Source: an uncultured Pseudomonadota bacterium (GTDB taxonomy: Bacteria > Myxococcota_A > Polyangia > Fen-1088). From it: a stretch of 64,000 nucleotides of DNA. The DNA is taken from contig CAVQDT010000007.1 of NCBI GenBank assembly GCA_963711305.1, positions 589,246 through 653,245 of the forward strand. The letters run 5' to 3'. The first letter of the stretch is position 1. Each line of letters starts with the position of its first letter. Below, piece by piece: positions 1 to 12,551 of the stretch. A program made the position numbers and the translations under genes. The notes under the pieces are model-generated. The model was not told the DNA's origin, made no database searches, and saw only the letters and a list, made by a program, of their open reading frames with translations.

Positions 1-1106
1 TCGCCGTAGTCACCGCTCGGCGACATGCACGAGTGCTCGATCTCCGGGTGCGGCTCGGGCGCGTTCATTTCCTGGACCATGTGGACGCTGTAGTCGGTTG
101 GCAGCCCGGTGATCGCCGCGACGACGATCCGCGACTGGTCGGCCTTCAGCCCCTTCAGGAACGCCACCTCGTCGCCGACCTTGGTGAGCAGGCCGCTCGG
201 CGCGGTCGCCGTGGGCGTCTGGATCTCGTTGGAGACGCAGCCCTGCAGGTGGTCGGCGGGACCGCGCGGCGGCGGCTGCATCTTGCCGTTGATGTTGCAC
301 AGGTGGCCGAACTCGTTGCAGCGGTACGAATCCAGCGGCCCGAGCGGATCGACCAAGCGCGTCTGGGTCGGATCGGCCAGGTCGGAGTCGTCGGGGACCG
401 AGCAATCGTCCTCGTTGGTGATGAGCACGACCGCAAGCGCTGCGTCGTCGCGCAGAAACCCTTCGTTGCCTTGCGGAACGTTGAACGGATCCAGCGCCCA
501 GCGGATCGATTTGAGCTGCCCTTCGAAGCCGCAACCACTCTCACCGAGCGCGGCGATGCAGCCAAACGCGTCGCTGATGTCGCCATCGTAGTTGGTCACC
601 GTCTGGTTCATCGACGCCGACAGGTACGTCTGCTGGCTCGGCGTGGTGTGCAGCGGTGACTTCGTGCAGGGGCCGCGTGGCTGAAACTGGAATTGCCCGT
701 AGTCGCCACCGAAGTTACAGCCGGCCGCTTTGTCGAACTTGCCGGGACCGGTGTCCGACGAGACCACCGCAACGTGGATGTTGGGCAACGCCACGCCCGA
801 CCCGTCGGGGGTCGGCACCATCTTCAACGGCTCCATGAACGACGGGAATTGCGCGACCAGCTTCGTCTGCAACTTGGCCATCGACTGCGAGTTGTCGACC
901 ATGAACAAGACGTCGAGCTTGTTCTCCGACGACGACGGAAAGACGTTGTTCCCGCTGCGCGACGGATCCGGCGTCGGCGCAACCAACGGGTTGGCGTTGC
1001 ACGCCCAGATGAGCGGCAATCCCGCACCGACCAGCGCCCAGCGCAGCCGCGACCACACGCGACGCGCGCACGCGCCCACTCTGCGCCCCTTGCTGTAAGA
1101 AATCAT
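1..1106 (-). CDS. von Willebrand factor A (VWA) domain secreted protein, 5-prime part only (runs off the left edge)
   Basis: Absent from the ORF track because it has no stop inside the window. Minus-strand ATG at 1106-1104 is preceded by GGAGGGG. Translation reads MISYSKGRRVGACARRVWSRLRWALVGAGLPLIWACNANP (signal-like), then DVLFMVDNSQSM (DxSxS MIDAS-type motif of VWA domains). The frame stays open to position 1. Confidence 0.7.
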   Translation of the reverse strand, partial: MISYSKGRRVGACARRVWSRLRWALVGAGLPLIWACNANPLVAPTPDPSRSGNNVFPSSSENKLDVLFMVDNSQSMAKLQTKLVAQFPSFMEPLKMVPTPDGSGVALPNIHVAVVSSDTGPGKFDKAAGCNFGGDYGQFQFQPRGPCTKSPLHTTPSQQTYLSASMNQTVTNYDGDISDAFGCIAALGESGCGFEGQLKSIRWALDPFNVPQGNEGFLRDDAALAVVLITNEDDCSVPDDSDLADPTQTRLVDPLGPLDSYRCNEFGHLCNINGKMQPPPRGPADHLQGCVSNEIQTPTATAPSGLLTKVGDEVAFLKGLKADQSRIVVAAITGLPTDYSVHMVQEMNAPEPHPEIEHSCMSPSGDYG

Positions 1107-1266
1107 GAGCCCCTCCTGGAGGGACGCATTGAGCAAGGGCGAGGCCAGCGCTCGCGCGACGTCAAAAGGCCGCGAGAAGGCGGGCTCCGACGGAGGCGAG
1201 GGCGTGACGCCGGCAACTAGGTTGCCAGCCTTTCTTCAACGGTTGGCGGCGATCACGCCGGGCGGT

Positions 1267-1351
1267 GCGGCTCGCAAGGTCTGCCCTCTCCCTAACCCTC
1301 CCCCCGCAGACGGGGGAGCGGACCGGAAAAGATTGGGCGGAGGGACCGGAT

Positions 1352-1352
<1 letters not shown>
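1267..1352. repeat. Single-arm copy (A) of the intergenic G/C hairpin element family
   Basis: gcggctcgcaaggtctgccctctccctaaccctccccccgcagacggggg... is the near-exact reverse complement of 53650-53710. It abuts the acnA stop codon (1352-1354). Confidence 0.75.
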
Positions 1353-4081
<2,729 letters not shown>

Positions 4082-4197
4082 GTCGTGCATTCTTAGGTTC
4101 GGGCGGGTGCGATGTCGACAGGAAAACGGCACCGAACCGGCGCGCGCTGCGACCTTGTGGTACCTGAAAAAATGCGGTTACCTGGCGGACACTCTCG

Positions 4198-4988
4198 ATG
4201 ATTGACGGAAAAAAGATCGTCGTGGTCATGCCCGCCTACAACGCGGCGCAGACCCTGGAACGGACCGTGTCCGAGGTGCCCGCCCTGGTCGACGAGATCA
4301 TCCTGGTCGACGACCGCTCGTCGGACGACACCGCCGAGATCGCGCGCCGGCTGGGGCTGCACACGCTGGTCCACGAGAAGAACCGCGGCTACGGCGGCAA
4401 CCAGAAGACCTGCTACACGGCGGCGCTCGAGCGCGGGCGCCGACATCGTGGTCATGGTCCACCCCGACTACCAGTACACACCCAAGCTGGTCCCGGCGCT
4501 GGCGCACTGTGTGGCCAGCGGCCTCTACGACGTGGCGCTGGGCTCACGCATCCTGGGCGGCGGCAGCCTGAAGGGCGGCATGCCCATGTACAAGTACGTC
4601 GCCAACCGGTTCCTCACGCTCGGTCGAGAACCTGCTGCTCGGCGAGAAGCTCTCCGAGTACCACACCGGCTATCGGGCCTTCTCCCGAAAGCTCCTGCTG
4701 ACGCTGCCGCTGCAAGAGAACTCCGACGACTTCGTCTTCGACAACCAGATGCTGGTGCAGGCGGTCCACTTCGGCTTCCGGATCGCCGAAGTGACCTGCC
4801 CCACGAAGTACTTCGAAGAAGCGTCGTCGATCGGCTTCGCCAAGAGCGTCCGCTATGGGTTCGGCGTGCTCGGCGCGGCGGCGCAGTTCCGCCTCGCAGC
4901 GCCTGGGGATCGGGCACCCGCGCTTCCTCGCCGCCGACGGGCAGCGCCTCACAGACCCGGGGCGCGGCCCGCAGGCTCGAACGGATAG
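4198..4988 (+). CDS. Family-2 glycosyltransferase, Dpm1/polyprenyl-phosphate sugar synthase-like (two frame breaks)
   Basis: [46 protein letters not shown]. After breaks near 4436 and about 4625 it continues [44 protein letters not shown]. The 3-prime end is taken from ORF 4749-4988; an alternative frame ending at 4998 reads [10 protein letters not shown]. Confidence 0.75.
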
Positions 4989-6654
4989 TCGATCGTGACC
5001 GCGTCGTTGACCTGACGCGGCTGGTAGGACGCGCCGGGCTCGCGGTGTTCGAGGAAGTACACCGCCTGGTTGAGCGCGGGCAACATCACGCGCCCCGAGA
5101 CGAAGCCGCGCGAGAAGTCCATGTAGCGGCCGATGGTGTCGGTCTGCCAGACCGAGGAGACGACCTCGAGGTGGCTGTGAAACGCGGCCAGGTCGCGCAC
5201 GATCGGCACCATCACGTGAAAGAACTGGGGAGCGAGCGCGGGATAGCACTCGGGGCAGGTGCGGCCGTAGATCGGGTTCACGCGCTCGGTGCCGCCGCGC
5301 GTGGCGATCGCGGCGTTGCACAGGCCCCACATCTCGATCGGCGCGGCGTCGGTGTAGTACGCGAAGACGCCGCCATAGTCGGTGACCAGGCGTGCGCCCG
5401 GCGACAGCGCCCAGGTCAGGATGCGCGCGGCCGACTTCAGATTCTTGACGTGGCTCCCCTGGTCGGCGGCGATCGCCAGCTTGGTCAGTTGCAGCGGCTC
5501 GGTGGTGATGTGCCGCTCGGTCCGGTGCACGACGAACGCCATCGCGGCCAGCGGCAGTAGCAGACAACACCAGCGACGCGCGCCCGAGCCAGCGACGGAG
5601 CGCGCCGGCGATCCACTGGCCGCCCCACGCCGCCAGCACCAGCGCCACCGGCAGCAAGCGGCAGCAGGAAGCGACCGTAGGGCATCCAGTCGCCGCCGGC
5701 GCGCACGACGTAAGCCAGGTGCAGCGCCACGAACGCCAGCAGCAGCAGCGCCGCGATCCGCTTGCGCGCCGCCAGCGCCAGCAGCGCGAGCGGCGCCAGC
5801 GCCAGCGAGCCGTTGGCCTCATCTCGTCGCGCACGTACTCCCAGCCGCGGTGGGGCAGGAGCTTGGGGATCAGCGCCTTGGCGTAGTAGGTCGTCGGCAG
5901 CGGCAGCCCGTAGTAGCGCCAGCGCCAGAGGAACCAGAGCCCGTAGACCAGCACGCCGGGCGCGGCCCAGACGACGTAGTCGCGGACGGTGCCTTCGCGG
6001 CGCCACAGCCGCCGGAAGAGCTCGAAGCCGAGGATGAACCCCAGCGGAATGAAACCGTCGATGCGCGAGAGCGCGACGCCGACGAACGCCGGCACGACCC
6101 AGCGTTGGCTCGCGAGCGCGGAGTCGCCGGCGCCGACGGAGGTCGCCCACGCCCACAGGGGCCTCGATCGAGCGCACGTAGAGCCAGAAGCCGAGCATCA
6201 GGAACGCCATCGCGGGCAGCGTCTCGAGGCCCATCAGGAACGCGGTCCCCATGTCGGCGGCCAGCGCCAGCACGACGAGCACCGCGATCGCCAGCGGCCG
6301 CGACGCGCGCGCGCGCGCCAGCCGGTAGGTCGCGAATCCCAGCAGCGCGACGAACGGGATCGCGGTGGCGCGCGCGACCAGCAGCGGATCGGCGCCGCGC
6401 GGGCTGACCAGCAGGCCGATCGCGACCGCCACCATCCACAGAAAGTTCGAGTAGCCCTCGACGCGCTCGCCGTGGCCGTAGACCGGCCCGTGCCCGGTCG
6501 CCAGGTTCTTCGAATACGAGAACGTGATGTACGCGTCGTCGATCGCGATCGGCGTGAGGATCCGCGTCTCCCAGATGAACAGCGCCGCGACGGCGAGCGC
6601 CGCCAGCAGCACCACCACCGTGGCGGGCTTTATGTTCACGCGCCCCGGCGACAT
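4949..6654 (-). CDS. Polytopic membrane protein, GT-C-type glycosyltransferase candidate (several frame breaks)
   Basis: Pieces of ORFs 5485-7710, 4614-6095 and 4949-5542. Start ATG 6654 gives [26 protein letters not shown] (TM1), then [23 protein letters not shown] in the first outside loop. Many further hydrophobic segments follow, then a soluble C-terminal domain (4949-5542). An acidic DD motif right after TM1 is typical of ArnT/PMT/arabinofuranosyltransferase-like GT-C enzymes. Confidence 0.6.
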
Positions 6655-8935
6655 GCGCGTCGGATCAGGGCGGCGGCGGGTTCGGCGGACCGCCGGCTGA
6701 TCTGCCGCGGGTGCGTCATGCGCAACCCCCAGCTCATCAGCACGCGGTCGTTCTGCGCCGTCGAGAACCCGCGCTTGGCGACCGCGAACGGCGGCTTCAT
6801 GTCGACGACGCCGAACTGGCCCGAGAGCAGCGCGTCGGTGACCTTCTGCCGCTCGCTGCCGTCGATGCGCGTCGGATCGCTGAAGAACAGGATGTACTCG
6901 GCGTCGAACACCGAGAACCGCAGCGTGTAGGCGACCGGCCGGTTCGAGATCTGCGGCACCAGGTTGTCCGACGCCGACACCGTCGCGCGCGGCGGGATCA
7001 ATTTGACGATCTCGGCGAACGTCTTGCGGTCGTTGAGATCGCGCGCCGTGGTCTCGAAGTTGTAGAGCGAGAAGCCGCCCTTGGCGGTGTTGCGCTGGAA
7101 GATCGCGCCCGACTGATAGCTGACCGGCACCATCGCGCACACGAGCGCGAACAGCGCCGCGCGCTTGTTCACCAGATACTCGCTGTCGGTGAGGCGCGGC
7201 GAATTCTTGCGATCGAGCACGTAGATGAGCCCGATCATCAGGAAGACGGTCCAGTAGAACGTGTACTGGAACGAGGTCTGGATGAGCGGCATGTAGCCGG
7301 TCGACAGCACCGTGAAGAAGAAGCCGGGGACGATCAGCAGCAGCACGATCGGCCGCTTGAGCGGGATGAACGCCAGCGGCACGAGGTACTGCAGCATGTA
7401 GAGCAGCTTCTCGCGCTCGAGCAGCGTGTGCAGCGTGTAGAACGGGTTGCCGAAGACCGTCTTGATGACGCCGCCGAAGTTCTGCTGCCCGACCGGCTCC
7501 AGATCCTTGTAGAAGGTGATGAAGCTTTCGCCGCCCAGCACCAGCGGCATGAAGACCATCTTCAGCAGGCAGAAGTGCAGCCCGCCCGACGATGGCCAGC
7601 GCCAGACCGACGCGCGGCCGCTCGCCCGACATCAGCAGGAACGCGCCCAGCGTCGCGACGCCGGCGCCGCCGATGTCCTCGCGCACCGAGAGCGCGAGGA
7701 TCGTGAACACGATGCCCCAGCGATCGTGGTGCGTCTCGAACAGGTAGAGCGTGGTCCACAGGAAGAACGCGCCAAACGGGATGTAGTGGAACTCGTACAG
7801 GTTGGCGCCGTGGTTCGGCGGATAGAGCAGGTAGCAGAGCGCGATCAGACACGCCGGCCCACGCGCCCAGGTGCCGGCGCGCGACGAGAAACAGCGGGAT
7901 CGCCGCGACGCCGATCATCAGCGACTGGATGAACAGCAGCGTCGCCGCGCCCTGCGACAGCGCGTAGAACGGCGCGATCACGTACGAGAAGAAGGTCGCG
8001 TGGTTGCCGAAGTGCGAGCCGGTCGGCCCGCTGAACGGCGTCGAGCGGAAGAAGCCGATCCCGTGCAGGACGTTGTAGACCAGGTTGTCTTCCAGCCCCA
8101 GGTCGTAGGCCGCCGTGCGCAGGTTGTGGTGGAACGTGATCGTGTAGGTCGCGAAGAGCGCGGCGTAGGCAGCGCTGGCGACGACGACGATCACCAGCGG
8201 CAGGCGCGGCCAGCGCCGGCCGGCGAAGATGTCTCGCGAGCGGAGCGCAAGCGGCGACGCCAGGCCTGGGCGCGCGGGCCGGTAAAGAGCGGCGGGGTCG
8301 ACAGGTACGCGCGCATCGCGGTGCGCGCGCACAGGCTGAAGATCGCCACCATGAACAGGAACGTGAAGTCGCGCCCGTTCCAGGTGCGCCACCGAAACAG
8401 AAACGGCACGAAACCGACAAGAGCGACGGGCGACACGCGCTTCGCGACCTGGAACAGGCGCTCGGCGCCGCCGGTCGTGCGGATCTTCCGGTAGTAGAGC
8501 AGCGACGCCAGCGCCGCGATCCCCGCGCAGCCCGCCATGACGCCCAGCAGGAACATGCGGCCGGTGTTGCCGAAGAAGTTGCTGAGCAGGAAGGGCTCGG
8601 TGTTGCCCTTGATCGCCAGGAGGCCGAGGACCATGCCGACCGACCAGCCGACGAGCGCGAGCAGCCCGAGCGCGCGGCAGAGCAACGTCAGCTCCGGCAC
8701 CGCGGGCGCCGCTGCGGCGCGGCGTCGCGACCAGCGCCTGACCGGCACAGCTTCGGGCGGGCGGATCGGCGTGATTGGCTCGCCGCCGCCGACGTGCTCG
8801 CTGACTCGGTGCGGCGACCGACGAGCTCACCAGCGACGGTGACGGAGCAGCGGCGGTCTCGCCGGCAGGCGCCGCGGCGAGCTCCTCGCCGGGGATGGCG
8901 CCCTCGGCGCCTTTCGGGATCAGGGGTCCGGTCAT
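6636..8935 (-). CDS. DUF2079-type polytopic membrane protein (several frame breaks)
   Basis: Start ATG 8935 overlaps the upstream stop (ATGA at 8935-8932). Pieces of ORFs 7562-9562, 8191-8748 and 5485-7710, plus intact 6636-7559. Motifs [45 protein letters not shown] and the C-terminal [30 protein letters not shown] match my memory of the DUF2079 family. Confidence 0.65.
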
Positions 8936-9938
8936 GTCGTTCGTCCTGCCTGGTCGGTGGGGTGGGCCGACCCTAGCAGATTTTCCCCCTCCGCTCGGAA
9001 GTTGAGCAGCTCCGAGATCGCATACAGCGGCCGGCGCTTGACCTCTTCGTAGATGCGCCCGACGTACTCGCCCAGGATGCCCATCACCAGCAGCTGCGCC
9101 GACGATCCGAGCGCGACCAGGATCATCAGCGTGGTCCAGCCCGGCACGGCGCGCTGCCGAACACCTTGACGTAGAACGCCCAGATACCGACGCCGATCGC
9201 GGCGAAGCCCGACAGTACGCCCAGCCAGGTCGCGAAGCGCAGCGGGATGATCGAGAACGACGTGATGCCGTCGATGGCGAAGCGCAGCATCTTGCGGAAG
9301 GGGTACTTGGTCTCGCCGGCGAAGCGGCCGGGCGCTCGTACATCACCGCGATCTGCTTGAAGCCGACCCAGGCGACCATGCCGCGCACGAACCGGTGCTG
9401 CTCGCGCAGCGCGCGCAGCGTCAGCACGACCGGACGGCTCATCAGTCGGAAGTCGCCGGCGTCGACCGGGATCTTCACGCCCAGCATCGCGCGCAGGAAG
9501 CGATAGAAGAGCGCGGCCGTGAGCCGCTTGAACCAGGTCTCGCCGTGGCGCTTGGCGCGCACGCCGTAGACGACGTCGTAGCCCTCGCGCCAGCGCGCCG
9601 AGCATGTCGCGCACGACCTCGGGCGGGTCTTGCAGGTCGGCGTCCATCACCACCACCGCCTCGCCGTCGGCGCGGTCGATCCCGGCGGTGATCGCCAGCT
9701 GGTGGCCGAAGTTGCGCGACAGGCCGATCACCCGGTAGCGCGGCTCGCGCGCCGCCAGCTCGCGCAGCATCTCGCGCGAGCGATCGCGCGAGCCGTCGTC
9801 GATGAAGACGACCTCCCACGACTCGCCGACGCCCTGCCCGACATCCGCCAGGAAGGCGCGGAGGCGGCGGTCGAGCTCGGGGATGATCTGCTCTTCGTTG
9901 AAGATCGGGATCACCAGCGACAGCGTCGGGCGGGCCAT
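8932..9938 (-). CDS. Polyprenyl-phosphate glycosyltransferase, GtrB/ArnC/CsbB-like GT2 (three frame breaks)
   Basis: [64 protein letters not shown]. After a break at about 9598 it reads [66 protein letters not shown], followed by two C-terminal TM segments ending [20 protein letters not shown]. Confidence 0.85.
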
Positions 9939-9982
9939 GAATTGGCGGCGGATACTACCTCAGGCCGGGTAGCGAGAGCGTG

Positions 9983-11895
9983 TCAGCCCGGTTGCGAGAG
10001 GCGCGCGGCGACCCAGGCCCGCCCGCGGGCCATCCGGTCGGGCGTCAGCCAGCGCAGGGCGGCGATCGCCAGCCCGATCCCCAGCAGCATCGCGACCACG
10101 CCGGCCGCCAGCGCCGGCGGCCGGTGGCGCAGCACCAGCCGGTTGTGGCCCGCCGGCATCGCCACCGACAGCAGGCCGACCGGCGGGGTCGGGACCTCGC
10201 CGATGACGCCCGACGACCTCTGCCATTGGTGGTGCGCGCCGACGAGATAGGCGCCGATCTGCGCCGTGGTCGGGCCGGCCACGATCTGCCAGCCGCTCTC
10301 GTAGTTCTGGTTGACGATCACCACGCCGGGCGCGTTCAGCTTCACGTCGAGCTCGACCCGGTTGGGCGTCCAGCGCAGCGGCGCCACCTGCCCGGCCGCG
10401 GCCGGCTCGAGCCACTGCTGCGGCACCTTGCCGTCGACGATGCCGGGCGCCGGCTTCCAATCCAGCGGCACGTAGCACTGCCGCGTGCCGATGCCGCGCA
10501 CCGGGTGGGTGGGGAAGCGCCCGTAGTCGGTGGCCGCCTGATAGAAGTCGGCCGACGCGCGCTCGCGCGTGAGCGGCGGGTCCATCCCCTGCTGCAGCCG
10601 CACCTGGTTGGTGGTGCAGACGTCGACGGCGATCACCACCACCAGCAGCACCTGGACGAGCTCGAACGCGCGCTGCAGCCCCGGCCGCAGCCCGGCCTCG
10701 GCCATGCGCGCGCGCGCCGCCATCAGCGCCGACGTCACCACCAGCGCGAAGCCGACCATCGCCGGGCCCAGGAACCGCGAGGGCACGCGCAGCGACGTGT
10801 AGATCGGCAGCTCGTGCAGCAGGCCGAACGCCGACGGACCCGGGATGTTGCCGAGCGCGCACCAGATCAGCCCGGCGAGCAGCAGCGAGATCGATGCGCC
10901 GCTGGCGCGATTCACCGTCGCGGCGCGACCAGGAAACGACGGCGACCAGGATGCCGGCGGCGAGCAGCGCCGACCGGAATGACCCCGACGTAGTCGGCGA
11001 ACTCGTCCCAGACGTAGGGGTGGCCGGCGAAGGCGCGCTCGTGCATGCGCAAGGTCCAGGTGCGCAGCACCTCGCCCAGCGTCATCTGGTCGTCGAGCGG
11101 CACCAGGCGCGGGTGCTCGCGCAGGTAGCGCAGCACGGGCAGCAGGCGCGCGCCCGCCAGCAGCGGGAAGAGCACGCCGAAGATCGCCAGCGACGGCAGC
11201 ATGCGCGCGCCGGTCGTCCGCCGAGCCGAGCCGCGCGAGCACCTCGATCGCCAAGCCCGACCAGCATGAGCGGGATCGGATAGGTCGCGCCCTCGTAGAA
11301 CGCGACGCGCGAACAGCGCCGCGACCAGCACCGCCCAGCGCGCGTCGGCGAGCGAGCGGCGAAACGCCCACAGGATCGTCGGGAAGAAGAGAAAGGGCGT
11401 GAACGACAGGTGGCCGCCGCCGGTGTGCCAGGCCACGAAGCCGCAGGCCGCGATGATCACCGCGCCCAGCAGCTGCTCGGCGCCGTTGCCGCCGCGGTCG
11501 CGGATCAACGCGCGCGCGCCCAGCGCGCCGGCGATGAAGTGGGTGAGGATCCAGACCTTGATCGCCGCTCCCGTCGGCAGCCACCAGAACGTCAGCAGGA
11601 AGATCGGCCCGGGGAACGGCGACTGCGGGTCCTGGTACAGCACCAGCCCGCCGCAGTGGTAGGGGTTCCACGACGGGAACTGGTGAAAGTCGGCCAGCGC
11701 CACGCGCGCCGCTTCCCAGGCTTCGCCGAAGTAGCGCCAGTCGCTGGTCGAGCCGAGACGATTGAACGACCACTGGCAGGTGGCGCGGCTGATGTGGCCC
11801 ACCGGGCAGTCGACGATCGCGGGCGCGGCCAGGCCCAGCGCGACGGCGACGCACGCCAGCGCGACCAGCCAGGACCACCCACGGCCGACGTGCAT
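9983..11895 (-). CDS. YfhO-like polytopic membrane protein (GT-C candidate; about two frame breaks)
   Basis: ORF pieces 10912-12048 and 9983-12271. Start ATG 11895 gives MHVGRGWSWLVALACVAVAL. FPSWNPYHCGGLVLYQDPQSPFPGPIFLL resembles the YfhO N-terminal motif. The C-terminal NQNYESGWQIVAG...AMPAGHNRLVLRHRP followed by a final TM is the usual YfhO-type ending. Confidence 0.5.
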
Positions 11896-12010
11896 CGCCG
11901 TCGAATATCCCGAATCGCGCCGATGTTCCAGGACTACGATGCGGCGCTTCGTTCGCGGTGCCGACGGACCGTGATGGCGACGCACTCCGGACAGGTTCGT
12001 CGCACGGGGG

Positions 12011-12397
12011 TTGGGTCGACGACGCGTTGGTCCTGGGCGCGCAGCCAAAATCCACCGGAGGATTGGCTCGGTCGTTGCTACAACCGAAATTCATGCGATC
12101 TCGACCACGCGGGTGAGCCGCCCTATTCGCTCCTTGGCCATCGCCGACTTCGACGGCGACGGCCAGCCCGACCTGGCAACGTCCGTCGACGGCCCGAGCG
12201 TCAGCCTGCTTCTGAACCGCGGCGCCGGGTCGTTCGGCGCCGCCACGAGCTACCTCGTCGGAGGCGGCCATTCATCTACCGCGCACCCGAACACCGCGAC
12301 CTCGGTCGCAGCGGGAGACCTCGACGGCGATGGCAAACCCGATCTTGCGGTCGCTCACGGCTCGAGCCACAGCTGCGGCGGCTTCGTGAGCACCTGA
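12011..12397 (+). pseudogene. FG-GAP/VCBS repeat protein fragment (two repeats only)
   Basis: LAIADFDGDGQPDLATSVDGPSVSLLLNRGAGSFG and VAAGDLDGDGKPDLAVAHG are FG-GAP-type repeats. There is no signal peptide and no convincing start, only 128 codons are open, and non-coding-looking sequence follows. Confidence 0.35.
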
Positions 12398-12551
12398 ATC
12401 GAGACGGAAAACTCGATGTGACAACTGTGTCGCCGGCGTTCTACGCCGCCAGCGTCATGCTCAACACCATCTCATTGACCTCCCGAGCGACCCAGATCCA
12501 TCGGCTGCACTGACCGCAAAGGGGAAGATTTCCGCTACACCGAAGGATAGG

